Assembly: GCA_963749495.1 (NCBI GenBank) | Contig: CAVVMW010000017.1 | Span: forward strand, 1-15,102 | Reading direction: 5' to 3' | Length of the DNA stretch: 15,102 nucleotides | From: an uncultured bacterium | GTDB taxonomy: Bacteria; Verrucomicrobiota; Verrucomicrobiia; Limisphaerales; UBA8199 | In this document: in pieces, positions 1-9,805 of the stretch | How positions within the stretch are numbered: position 1 is the first letter of the stretch | Layout: each line of letters begins with the position of its first letter | The notes under the pieces: generated by a model | Seen by the model: the letters and a program-made list of their open reading frames with translations, nothing else | Databases searched by the model: none | What the model was told of the DNA's origin: nothing | Position numbers and translations under genes: made by a program

Positions 1-2
1 CG

Positions 3-56
3 GCGGATTTCTCGCTCGAAAAACTGCGCGCCGCTATCGCCAACGAAAGGTTTTAG
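3..56 (+). CDS. 3' end of an upstream gene (partial, ...ADFSLEKLRAAIANERF*), product unknown
   Basis: Open frame from the window edge to TAG at 54-56 with GC-rich third positions, co-oriented with and 57 bp before the RND start. Too short to assign a product. Confidence 0.3.
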   Translation, partial: ADFSLEKLRAAIANERF

Positions 57-113
57 CCCGCTCCGCCGCTGCACCTGATTTAAGACACTCAACCATCTGG
101 CTCTGCCCTTGCT

Positions 114-3100
114 ATGTCTGGCTTTTCCCTTCGTTACCCGTATCTGATCGTCGTGGTTTGCCTCATCGTGTGCGTGGTCGGCATCACCAGCCTGGTGCGC
201 ATGCCGGTGGACCTGTTCCCGGCGATCAAAATCCCGGTGGTCGTGGTCGCCACGTTCTATTCCGGCATGCCGCCGGAGCAGATCGAGAACGACATCACCG
301 GGCAATTCGAGCGCATGTTTACCCTCGCCTCGGGGATCGACCACATGGGTCCCGCTCACTCACAGGGGTCAGCCTCATCAAGGTCTATTTCCAGCCCGGC
401 TCGAACCCGGATTCGGAACGTCACGAGCATTGCCAATCTGGCCATGGCGAGCCTGCGTTATCTGCCGGCAGGCACTTTGCCGCCGGTGGTGATGAAGTTC
501 GATGCGTCGAGTCTGCCAGTCTGCCTGGTCACCCTGAAAGGGGAGGGCCTGAGCGAATCGCAACTGCGGGATTACGGGCAATTCACGATTCGCAACCAGA
601 TGGCCGTCGTCCCCGGGGCGTCGGTGCCACCGGCCTTCGGCGGGCGCTACCGCCAGATCATGGTGTACGTGGACCCGCTCAAACTGGAGGCCCACCAGTT
701 GAGCGTGATGGACGTGGTGCGCACGGTCAACGAGGCCAACCTCATCCTGCCGGCGGGCAACGTGAAGATCGGCCCGTTCGATTACAACGTCTATGCGAAC
801 AGCCAAATCAACGCGATGAAGGACATCAACCTGTTGCCGCTCAAGACAGTGGGTTCGGCCTCGGTGCTGGTGGGGGACGTTGGCCGGGCGGAGGACGCGT
901 CCCAAATCCAGGTCAACAAGGTCCGTGTCAACAGCCAGGCCTCGGTCTATCTGCCGGTCCTGAAACAGGGTGGAGATGCCAACACCATCGCGGTGGTCAA
1001 CGGGGTCAAGTCCGTGGTTTCCCATTTGTTGGAGGTCCCCAAAGAGTTGATCACGGAGGTGGTTTTCGACCAGTCGGTGTTCGTGCGCACGGCCATCGAG
1101 AACCTGGTCCATGAAGGGGCCATCGGGCTGGTGCTGACGGGGGCGATGATCCTGGTCTTTCTCGGCAGCATGCGGGCCACCGCCGCCGTTTTTCTCTCGA
1201 TCCCGCTCTCGGCCCTGGCCGCGTTCATCGCCTTGGCGCTTGGCGACAACACGGTCAACGCCATGATCCTTGGGGGCCTGGCCCTGGCCTTCTCCCGGCT
1301 GATTGACAACTCGGTGGTGGTCCTCAAGAACATCTTCCGCCACTTGGAAATGGGCGAGCCCCCGAGGTCGCGGCCGAACGGGGAGGCCAGGAAGTGGCCT
1401 TGCCGGTGCTGGCGGCAACGCTGACCACGGTGGTGGTCTTCTTCCCGGTGACGTTTCTGTATGGCGTGAGCCGCTTTTTGTTCACGGCGCTGGCGCTGGC
1501 GGTGGTGCTGTCCCTGTTTGCCTCCTACTTCGTCGCGATGTCGGTGGTGCCGTTGTTCTGTGCGAAGCTCATCAAGGCGCACCAGGCACACGCAGGCGGC
1601 GAGCAAGCGGCCCCAAAAGGCTTGGGCGGGCGCTTCAATGCCTGGTTCAACCGCAAGTTCCACCAGATGCTCGACCGCTATGAAGGGGCGGTGAACCTCG
1701 CCTTGCTGCGCCCAATCGCCACGGTTGTCGGCATCACCGGGTTGTTCGTGCTTAGTTTGGGCCTCTATCCGGCCATCGGCAAGGCCTACTTCCCCCGGAC
1801 CGATCCGGGCCAGTTCGTCATTAGCCTCAAGGCTCAATCCGGCACCAAACTGGAACTGACCAACAAGCTGGTGGGGTTGGTGGAGGACGTCGTCCGCGAG
1901 GCTGTCCCCAAGAAGGACCTCAAGATCATCGTATCGAACATAGGCATCACGCCGGGCTTTTCAGCTATCTTGAACCCGAACTCGGCCCCGCACACGGCTT
2001 TCGTGCTGGTGGGGCTCAACGAGGAACGCCGCCTCGACAGTTTCGCCTACATGAACCTGGTCCGTCAGCGACTCCGGCGCGAGGTGCCGCAGGTGACCGC
2101 TTACCTGCAGACCGGCGGATTGGTGGACGCCATCCTCAACCAGGGCATGCCCGCCCCGCTCGAATATCCAGGTGAGCAGCCCGGACGTGCGGACGGCCCA
2201 CGCCATCGCCTCGCGCCTGGCGCGGCAAGTGCGCGCCCTGCCGGGGGTGAGCAACGTGCTGGTGCCGCAGGACGTGGATTATCCGGCGCTGAAAATCAAC
2301 ATCAACCGCGAGCGAGCCAGCGAGCTGGGGCTGAGCGCCCAGGAAGTCGTGGACAGCTTGATCACCGCGCTGACCTCCAATGGCATGATCGCACCGAGCT
2401 ATTGGATCGATCCCAAGACCGGCAACAATTATCTCCTGACGGTCCAGTACCAGGAAGACTATGTGAAAAGCCTCGCCGATCTTGGCTCGATGCCGCTGCG
2501 CGCGCCGCACCTCAAAGAGCCGACGCGCCTGGACTCGGTCGTCCGCATGACCCGCGTTGCCGCGCCGACGGAGGTGGACCATTACCAGATCCGGCCCACG
2601 GTGGACGTGTATGTCGCGCCGACGGGGGAAGATCTCAGCCGGGTGTATGCGGGCGTGGACAAGATCGTGAAGCAGACGCCACCGGTGCGGGATACGGAAA
2701 TCAAGGTGCGCGGTTCGGTGCAAGCCATGCGGGCCTCGTTCCAGAGTTTCGGCTGGGGCCTGTTGCTCTCGACCTTGCTCGTCTATCTGATCCTGGTGGC
2801 GCAATTCAAGTCTTGGGTGGACCCGTTCCTGATTCTGCTGGCGGTGCCGACGGGGCTGACCGGGGTGCTGCTGATGCTGGCCGCCACCGGGACGACGCTC
2901 AATGTGATGTCCTTGATGGGCATCGTCATGATGGTCGGCATTGTCGTTTCCAATAGCATCTTGATCGTCGAATTCACCAACCGGTTGCGCGCGGAAGGGC
3001 GTCCCTTGCGGCAGGCCGTCGTCCTGGCGTGCCGGGTGCGCTTGCGTCCGGTGCTGATGACCTCGCTGGCCACGCTCATCGGTCTGCTGCCGCTGGCGGC

Positions 3101-3302
3101 CAAGCTCGGGACAGGCAGCGAAAGCTACGCGCCCCTGGCCCGCGCCATCATCGGCGGCTTGGCGGTCTCGGTCGTGTTGACCGTGTTCATCGTGCCCTGC
3201 GCTTATTACCTGATTTACCGCCGGCTGGAGACCACCTCGGCCCAAAAAGACACGCCCCCGGAGGCGGGCGGGGCTCCACTCGCTTATGACCAAAGCCATT
3301 GA
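114..3302 (+). pseudogene. Efflux RND transporter permease subunit (AcrB/AcrD/CusA family), copy 1, ~1062 aa when corrected; frameshifted in this sequence, possibly by sequencing error
   Basis: RND motifs MPVDLFPAIKIPVVVV, FGGRYRQIMVYVDP, FSRLIDNSVVV, GIVVSNSILIVEF and RLRPVLMT are spread over ORFs 114-1424, 1394- and 2172-3302. Alignment to copy 2 places indels at ~348 (missing base), ~417 (extra A), 1359-1363 (missing C in a C-run) and ~2163 (extra A); net shift is zero. Confidence 0.93.
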
Positions 3303-4583
3303 CCGAGTCTGCTGGGCGGTGCTGGCCGGGCTAGCGCTGAGCAGCGCCGGGGCGGAGGAGTTGCCGCCGCTGACCCTCGAGGAAGCCCACGAAACGGCGC
3401 TGCGCAATCATCCGCTCATCAGCGTGGCCGATTTGAAGACGCTGGCCTCGCAACAGGTGCTCAAGGAGGTGCGCTCCGGGTTCTTCCCGAACCTCTCCGC
3501 CAACGCCGTCGCCGTCGGCACCACCGAGAACAACACGCGATTGTCGGCGATTGGCGCTCTGAACAACCCGGCCATCTTCGACCGCGAAGCCCAAGGATTG
3601 GTCATCAGCCAACTCATCACCGACTTTGGCCGCACGGCAAATTTGACGGGCAGCGCCAAACTGCGGGCCCAGGCAGCGGCCAACAGCGCCCAGGCGACGC
3701 GCGAACAAATCCTGCTGGCGGTTGACGGCGCCTTTTACTCCGCCCAACAAGCCCAGGCGGTGACGCAGGTGGCTCGGCAGACAGTGACCGCCCGGCAGGT
3801 GTTTCTCGAGCAAGTCACGGCGCTGGTGAGTAAAGGGGTGAAATCGGACCTGGATCTCAGCTTCGCCAAGGTGAATCTGGAAGATGCCAGGCTGCTGCTC
3901 AGCAAGGCGCAGAACGACCTGGACGCCGCCTTTGCGCAACTCTCCAATCTGCTCGGACTGCGGGAAAGCAGGGCCTACCACCTGGTGGAGGAACCGATGC
4001 CGCCGGAAGTCGCGACCAACGTGGCCAACTTCGTCGAGCAGGCCCTGAGCTACCGGCCCAACCTGCTCAGCCTGCGCAACCAGCGGGAAGCCGCCTTGAA
4101 ACAGGCCCGGGCCGAACGGGATGCGCGCTTTCCGACCGTCGCCGCGGTGGGCAGCGCCGGCCTCGCCCCGATTCGCGATTCAGCTTTGCCGGACAACTAT
4201 GCCGCCGCGGGCGTCATCGTGAGCCTGCCCTCTTCGCCGGCGGCTATTACACCGCCCGGCAAAGGGAAGCCGAGCTCCAGGCGCGGGCGGCGGCGGAGAG
4301 TCTGCGCGATCTAGAAAACAACGTGATTCGCAACGTGCGCATTACCTGGCTCAACGCGCAAAACGCCTTCGACCGGTATCGGATCACCGGCCAACTCCTC
4401 GAGAACGCCCGGCAGTCATATACCCTTGCGGACGCACGCTACAAAAGCGGGCTATACTCCATCGTTGAATTCAACCAGGCGGAACTCAATCTGGTCTCCG
4501 CGCAAATCGCGTGTGCGAATACCCAATACGAATACATGGTTCAGCGGTCCGCGCTGAGCTATCAAACTGGCGCGCTGCGCTAA
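3286..4583 (+). pseudogene. TolC-family outer membrane efflux protein, ~432 aa when corrected; one frameshift at ~4229
   Basis: Signal-peptide-like N-terminus and OEP-type motifs LTLEEAHETALRNHP, SQLITDFGRT and ARYKSGLYSIVEFNQAE. Adding one C at CCC 4228-4230 gives LPLFAGGYYTARQREAEL and joins ORF 3286-4314 to ORF 4323-4583. The start overlaps the RND stop by 17 bp. Confidence 0.9.
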
Positions 4584-4617
4584 ATCGGCACAATCCCAAA
4601 GGAAATCGCTAAGCGAA

Positions 4618-4893
4618 ATGCCAAACGACCCTAAAGTCCCGGGGGAGATCGAAGGAGGAGCCGGAGGCTCCCCTAGCCAACCGCTGAAGCCAAAACCCGA
4701 CAAACAGATCACGGCCTTGCGTGAACGCGTGGTTCTCTTCAAAGAGCAGGCCCGGCTTTTGCGCAAGCGGTTCGAACTTCGCGAGATATTGCAGATGGAA
4801 GCCAGAGCGGAAGCGGAACGCCTTGGACGCGAAGTCAGCGAAGCTGAGCGCCAGGTCGAGCAATGTAAAGGCCAACGCCGAGGCTTGAGCTAA
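4618..4893 (+). CDS. Small hypothetical protein (91 aa) with a Pro/Gly-rich N-terminus and a charged, predicted coiled-coil C-terminus
   Basis: ATG ORF 34 bp after the TolC stop on the same strand. The E/R/K/L/A-rich helical composition looks protein-like, but I recognise no family. Confidence 0.45.
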   Translation: MPNDPKVPGEIEGGAGGSPSQPLKPKPDKQITALRERVVLFKEQARLLRKRFELREILQMEARAEAERLGREVSEAERQVEQCKGQRRGLS

Positions 4894-5186
4894 CCATGGC
4901 GCCGCTCCGGCCGGCGCCGAATCATTGGGCGGCCAGCACATTTCAAGCCTGGCACAATGGAATTCAGCCGTTCCATTCGGGAGCGCTCGGATCATCTGCT
5001 TCGCCGTCGTTTCAACCACCAGTGTGGTTTCGCGAAAAATGTTGCCCTTTGGGCAAGGTTTGATGAACGTAGGCCCGCAGCTTGTCGTCAACCGATACAA
5101 GACACTGTTCATATGCGGGCGCATCTTAAGAACTGGAAGCCTCAAGGCATCTGAGCCCGTAAGCCTGTGCCCGGGTAACGCACACC

Positions 5187-6182
5187 ATGTCACGCTTTTC
5201 CATTCGCCATCCCTATTTGATCGTCGTGGCGTGCCTCATGGTATGCGTGGTTGGTGTGACGAGCCTCGTCCGCATGCCGGTGGACTTGTTTCCGCCCATC
5301 AACATCCCGGTCGTCGTGGTGGCGACATTTTTCTCGGGGATGCCGCCCGAACAAGTCGAGAACAATATCACCGGCCGTTTCGAGCGGTTTTTCACCCTGG
5401 CCGCGGGCATTGACCACATGGAATCGCGCTCGCTCAGCGGGGTGAGCCTGATCAAGGTGTTTTTCCAGCCCGGGGTGAATCCGGACGCGGCGGTGAGCAA
5501 GATTGCGAACCTGGCGATGGCGAACTTGCGGCGGCTGCCGCCCGGCACGCTGCCGCCGGTGGTGCTCAAGTTCGATGCCTCGAGCCTGCCGGTTTGCCTG
5601 GTGACCTTGAAAGGCGAGGGGCTCGACGAGACGCAATTGCGCGATCTGGGGCAGTTCGCCGTGCGCAACCAGATGGCCAACGTCCGGGGCGCCTCCGTGC
5701 CGCAGCCGTTCGGCGGCCGCTATCGGCAGATTATGGTTTACGTGGATCCCGTCAAGCTCGAGGCCTATGGGCTGAGCGTGATGGATGTCGTGCGAAAGGT
5801 CAACGACGCCAACCTGATCCTGCCCGCCGGGGACGTGAAGATCGGCCCCTTCGACTACAACGTCTATGCCAACAGCCAGATCAACGCCATCAAGGACATC
5901 AACTGCATTCCACTCAAAAGCGTCGGCCAGGCCACGGTGCTGGTGGGCGACATCGGTGAAGCCAAGGATGCGGCGCAGATTCAGAACTGCATTGTCCGTG
6001 TGGACGGCCAGCGTTCGGTTTACCTGCCCGTGCTCAAGCAAGGAGGCGAGGACAACACCATTGCGGTGGTGGACGGGATCAAGCAAGTCGTGGGGGACTT
6101 GTTGGATGTGCCCAAACAGTTGGTGGCCGGAGTCGTGTTCGATCAGTCGCTCTTTGTCCGCTCAGCCATTCGCAGCCTGATT
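5187..6182 (+). pseudogene. RND permease copy 2, N-terminal fragment (codons 1-332), interrupted by IS-A
   Basis: MSRFSIRHPYLIVV... is colinear with copy 1 (64/78 identical residues at the N-terminus by hand count). Homology stops at RSLI, exactly at the IS-A left IR. Confidence 0.93.
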
Positions 6183-6202
6183 CCAGAACTCCTGACATAG
6201 CC
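6183..6202 (+). repeat. IS-A left terminal inverted repeat
   Basis: Exact reverse complement of 8620-8639. Confidence 0.95.
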
Positions 6203-6235
6203 TCATAGTTTTCGCCATTTCTGGGCATTTTCTGG

Positions 6236-6282
6236 GCGGACAATACTGGCGGGGGGGGGAACCCAAAACTGTCCGCTTTTTT
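6236..6282 (+). terminator. Putative intrinsic terminator-like or operator hairpin upstream of the IS-A transposase
   Basis: GCGGACA (6236-6242) pairs with TGTCCGC (6270-6276) and is followed directly by TTTTTT. The 27-nt loop is long and contains a G9 run and GGG-GAA-CCC. Confidence 0.35.
6254..6281 (+). repeat. IS-A 28-bp direct repeat, copy 1 (GGGGGGAACCCAAAACTGTCCGCTTTTT)
   Basis: Identical to 6878-6905. Confidence 0.9.
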
Positions 6283-6307
6283 GACCGCCGGGCTAACATC
6301 GGCGCGT

Positions 6308-8593
6308 ATGGCCAATACCCTATGCGACAACCTCTTTCCAGAGGCGCGAAACCCACAAGGCACCCATGTCATCAACGAGCGATGCCTGCTGCTGACGCAG
6401 GAAGGTCACCGCCTTGTGCTCGTGTCAGGAATGCCCCTGGCACAGTATGCGGTGGGCAACCGCATGTCCGAAGCCCACGCCATGGTGAGCCTGATCAATG
6501 TAGGTTGGGCGGATCAGAACGACGTGGCCAGAGCCTTTGGTTACTCGGTCCGCACGGTGCGGCGCTGTCAACAACGCTTCGAGGGGGGCGGCTTGGCTGC
6601 ACTGGGACGCCCCCGCGGTTATCCGCAGGGGCGTGCCCGCCTGGCGGCCTCTCGGCGAGGCTGGGTCCAACGGCTCAAGGCCCAAGGCCGCTCGCACTAC
6701 GAGATCGCGCGGCGGCTTGGGGTCAGTGTGCAAGCCGTCCGCAAAACCGTGCAACGTTTAGGCTGGAAGCCCGCACGGATGGTCGTTCAGACCGAACTGC
6801 CTCTTGAGCCGCGGACGACCACCGCTGCGAACCAGCCCCCCGTGGAGACCCCTTCATCAACTCATTCACCCGCATCTGGGGGGAACCCAAAACTGTCCGC
6901 TTTTTGTGCATCCGTGGCGCCGAGCCCACTGCCGCGCAGCCTCGACACCGACCCGGCTCATCGCTGGACCAATCGGTTGCTGGCACGCCTGGGATTGCTG
7001 GAAGATGCAGCCCCGTTGTTCGGGTGCGCCGCCGCCGTGCCGTGCGTCGGCGTGCTCTTGGCCTTGCCGGCGTTGGTGGCCAGCGGCGTTTTCGACTGTG
7101 CTCAGAGGATCTACGGCAGCCTGGGGCCAGCCTTCTATGGATTGCGCACCAGCTTGCTCACACTCTTGCTCATGGCGCTGTGGCGCATCAAGCAACCGGA
7201 GGGCCTCAAGGAACACTCCCCTCAAGACTTGGGGCGTGTGCTGGGCTTGGACCGGGCGCCCGAAGTCAAAACGCTGCGGCGGAAACTGGCCTGCCTGGCG
7301 GCCACCGGACGCGCCGCGCAGTTTGGCCTGGCTCTGGCCCAGCAACGGGTCGCCTTGCGCGGAGCCGCCTTGGGTTTCCTCTACGTGGATGGCCACGTGC
7401 GGGTTTACCACGGCAAGCACCGTCTGCCCAAGGCCCACGTGGCTCAGATGCGCCTCTCGGTGCCGGCCACTTCGGACTATTGGGTCAACGACACGTGCGG
7501 CGATCCGCTCTTTGTCGTCACGGCACAGGCTAACGCCGGCTTGGTCAAGATGCTGCCCGGCATCCTGGAGCAGGTGCGCAGCTTGGTGGGCAAACGACGC
7601 ATCACCGTAGCCTTTGATCGCGGCGGCTACAGTCCCAAGCTCTTCCTCCAAATCCTGGCCGCGGGCTTTGACGTGCTGACGTACCGCAAAGGGCGCTGCC
7701 GCCGCGTCCCCCGCAAGCGCTTCCGGCCATGTCGCACCCGTTGTGAGGGACGGACCTTCCTCTACGTCCTGGCCGACCAGGAGGTGCGCTTGCTCAAGGG
7801 CAAGCTGCGCATGCGGCAGGTCACCCGCCTGAGGGACAACGGGCACCAAACCCCCGTCCTGACCTCGCGCCGGGATCTGTGCGCTGCCCAAGTCGCCTAT
7901 CACATGTTTGATCGCTGGCGACAAGAGAATTTCCTGAAATACCTGTGCGACGAATACGCGTTGGACGCGTTAGTCGAATATGCCGCGGTGCCTGATGATC
8001 CCACTCGTGAGGTTCCCAACCCGGTCTGGGCGGCCGTGGACGCCCAATTGCGCCAGGCGTATGCCCAACTGGCTCGGCTGCAGGCCGAATATGGCCTGGA
8101 GGCGCTGGTCAACCTGGAGCAGCAGCAGCAGACCATGCGCGGCTTCAAGATCGCGCAGGGCAAGCTCGGCCAGCAAATCAACACTGCTTGGCAGCGTGTA
8201 GCGCGACTGGAGAAACGCCGTGCCGCCGTGCCCCGGCGAGTGCCGATCCAAAGCATCACCAAAGAGCCCGTGGTGAAACTGGCTCCAGAACGCAAACATC
8301 TAACCAATGTGATTAAGATCGTGGCTTACCAAGCCGAGAGCGATTTGCTGAGATTAGTCGCGCCCTACTATCGGAGGGTGGGCGACAAAGGTCGAACTCT
8401 GATCCAATCGGCTTTGGCCAGCGCGGCGGATCTCGAAGTCGCCCAAACGGAGTTGCGGGTGAGCTTGGCTGCGCTAAGTTCGCCGCACCGCACGCGGGCG
8501 ATTGCCGCGCTTTGCGAGGAACTCAACCGGACCAATACCCTCTTTCCAGGTTCGCGCTTGCGCCTGCGCTACACAATTCGGGAAGCGCCGTGA
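6308..8593 (+). CDS. Large DDE transposase (761 aa from ATG 6308; frame open from TTG 6281) with two N-terminal HTH motifs
   Basis: HTH-like QNDVARAFGYSVRTVRR and SHYEIARRLGVSVQAVRK. Catalytic-type motifs LYVDGH, VAFDRGGYS and FDRWRQENFLK (R-x3-E, as in the IS4-superfamily YREK signature). Fills the IR-bounded element. Confidence 0.9.
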   Translation: MANTLCDNLFPEARNPQGTHVINERCLLLTQEGHRLVLVSGMPLAQYAVGNRMSEAHAMVSLINVGWADQNDVARAFGYSVRTVRRCQQRFEGGGLAALGRPRGYPQGRARLAASRRGWVQRLKAQGRSHYEIARRLGVSVQAVRKTVQRLGWKPARMVVQTELPLEPRTTTAANQPPVETPSSTHSPASGGNPKLSAFCASVAPSPLPRSLDTDPAHRWTNRLLARLGLLEDAAPLFGCAAAVPCVGVLLALPALVASGVFDCAQRIYGSLGPAFYGLRTSLLTLLLMALWRIKQPEGLKEHSPQDLGRVLGLDRAPEVKTLRRKLACLAATGRAAQFGLALAQQRVALRGAALGFLYVDGHVRVYHGKHRLPKAHVAQMRLSVPATSDYWVNDTCGDPLFVVTAQANAGLVKMLPGILEQVRSLVGKRRITVAFDRGGYSPKLFLQILAAGFDVLTYRKGRCRRVPRKRFRPCRTRCEGRTFLYVLADQEVRLLKGKLRMRQVTRLRDNGHQTPVLTSRRDLCAAQVAYHMFDRWRQENFLKYLCDEYALDALVEYAAVPDDPTREVPNPVWAAVDAQLRQAYAQLARLQAEYGLEALVNLEQQQQTMRGFKIAQGKLGQQINTAWQRVARLEKRRAAVPRRVPIQSITKEPVVKLAPERKHLTNVIKIVAYQAESDLLRLVAPYYRRVGDKGRTLIQSALASAADLEVAQTELRVSLAALSSPHRTRAIAALCEELNRTNTLFPGSRLRLRYTIREAP
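6878..6905 (+). repeat. IS-A 28-bp direct repeat, copy 2, inside the transposase CDS (encodes GGNPKLSAF)
   Basis: Identical to 6254-6281 and located in the Pro/Ser/Thr-rich linker. Confidence 0.9.
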
Positions 8594-8595
8594 GG

Positions 8596-8613
8596 CAAAA
8601 AGCGGACATTTTG
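8596..8613 (-). repeat. Inverted subterminal copy of the IS-A motif (CAAAATGTCCGCTTTTTG on the minus strand)
   Basis: Matches CAAAACTGTCCGCTTTTTG with a 1-base deletion. Lies between the transposase stop and the right IR. Confidence 0.75.
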
Positions 8614-8619
8614 TTTGAC

Positions 8620-8639
8620 GGCTATGTCAGGAGTTCTGG
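8620..8639 (-). repeat. IS-A right terminal inverted repeat
   Basis: Exact reverse complement of 6183-6202. Confidence 0.95.
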
Positions 8640-8642
8640 ATT

Positions 8643-9687
8643 CATGAAGGGCTGATCGGCTTGGTCCTGACGGGGCTGCTGATCCTCCTTTTTCTCGGCA
8701 GCCTGCGGGCGACGGCGGCGGTGTTTCTTTGCATTCCGCTCTCGGCGCTGGCGGCCTTCATTGGCTTGTCGTTGGGCGGCAGCACTATCAACGTGATGCT
8801 GCTGGGCGGGTTGGCCCTGGCTTTTTCCCGGCTCATCAACAACTCGGTCGTCGTGCTGGAGAACATTTTCCGTCATCTCGAAATGGGGGAGCCGCCAGAC
8901 ATCGCCGCGGAGCGAGGGGGAAAAGAAGTGGCCCTGCCGGTGCTGGCGGCGACGCTGGCGACGGCCGTGGTGTTTTTCCCGGTGACTTTCCTCTACGGCG
9001 TGAGCCGGTTCCTCTTCACGGCGCTGGCGCTGGGCGTGGTGCTGTCGCTCTTCGCCTCTTACTTCGTGGCGTTGACGGTCGTGCCACTGTTCTGCGCCAA
9101 ACTGCTCAAAGGGCACGCCCAGGAGTCCGGCGGCGAGCCGGTCGGGGGCATCGAGCGGAAGGGCTGGGGCCGGCGGTTCAACGGCTGGTTCAACCGCAAG
9201 TTTCAGCAGATGCTCGACCGCTATGGGGCCGTGTTGGATCGGGCGCTGGTTCGCCCCATCGCTACGGTGGCGGGCATCACCGGTTTGTTCCTCTTGAGCT
9301 TGGCCGTCTATCCGCTCATCGGCAAGGCCTACTTCCCACAGACTGATCCAGGTCAGTTCGTGATTAACCTCAAGGCGCCCACCGGCTTGCGTCTGGAATT
9401 GACCGAAAAGCTCGTTAGCCGGGTCGAGCAGATCGTGCGGGAGGTCGTTCCGAAAGAGGATATCAAGATCGTCGTGGCCAACATCGGTGTCACCCCGGGC
9501 TTCTCCTCCATCTACACGCCCAACTCGGGGCCGCACACCGCGTTTGTCCAGGTCGGCCTTCAACCGCACGCTCACCAGAGCTCCTTCGAGTACATGGGGC
9601 TTGTGCGCCAGCGGGTCAAACGAGAACTGCCCGAAGTGACTGCCTATTCCCGCACCGGCGGCCTAGTGGGCGCCATCCTCGACCTAG
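8643..9687 (+). pseudogene. RND permease copy 2, middle fragment between IS-A and IS-B
   Basis: HEGLIGLVLTG...FSRLINNSVVVLEN...TGGLVGAILDL is colinear with copy 1 (ORF 8661-9707). Confidence 0.93.
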
Positions 9688-9703
9688 CCCGCATATTTCA
9701 TAG
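9688..9703 (+). repeat. IS-B left terminal inverted repeat
   Basis: Exact reverse complement of 11675-11690. Confidence 0.95.
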
Positions 9704-9805
9704 TTGATCGCGAAATTTGGCATGAAATCGCCATGGTGGGCCGGATTTACCGGGCCTGGACCACTGGCAGGATGGCGGGTGGGTTACCGACAGGGTGTCG
9801 AACGC

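Larger units (their letters stand above)
6183..8639 (+). mobile_element. Insertion sequence IS-A (~2.46 kb), DDE transposase of IS4-superfamily type, family not confidently assignable
   Basis: Perfect 20-bp terminal IRs CCAGAACTCCTGACATAGCC / GGCTATGTCAGGAGTTCTGG. The target duplication is ATT (6180-6182, 8640-8642), or equivalently GATTC with ends 6184/8638. Excision restores RSLI-HEGLIG (copy 1: ENLVHEGAIG). Confidence 0.95.

Noticed and set aside
158..3407. Long alternative-frame and antisense ORFs over RND copy 1 (158-1114, 378-1418, 947-1837, 2136-3407 and others)
   Set aside because: Shadow ORFs from high GC and codon bias. Only a ~23-codon stretch of 158-1114 (SRSLTGVSLIKVYFQPGSNPDS) is real RND sequence, between two compensating indels.
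4609..5413. ORFs 4609-5193 (-), 4925-5413 (+) and 4957-5154 (+)
   Set aside because: No recognisable motifs, non-protein-like composition, and they overlap better-supported genes.
6322..8307. Overlapping ORFs inside the IS-A transposase as a second IS gene
   Set aside because: Arg/Gly/Ala-rich off-frame text with no domain signal; the main frame is continuous.
8615..8646. Outward-facing -35 box TTGACG at the IS-A right end as a hybrid promoter for the downstream RND fragment
   Set aside because: No acceptable -10 hexamer at 16-18 bp spacing in this insertion context (GGATTC / GATTCA).
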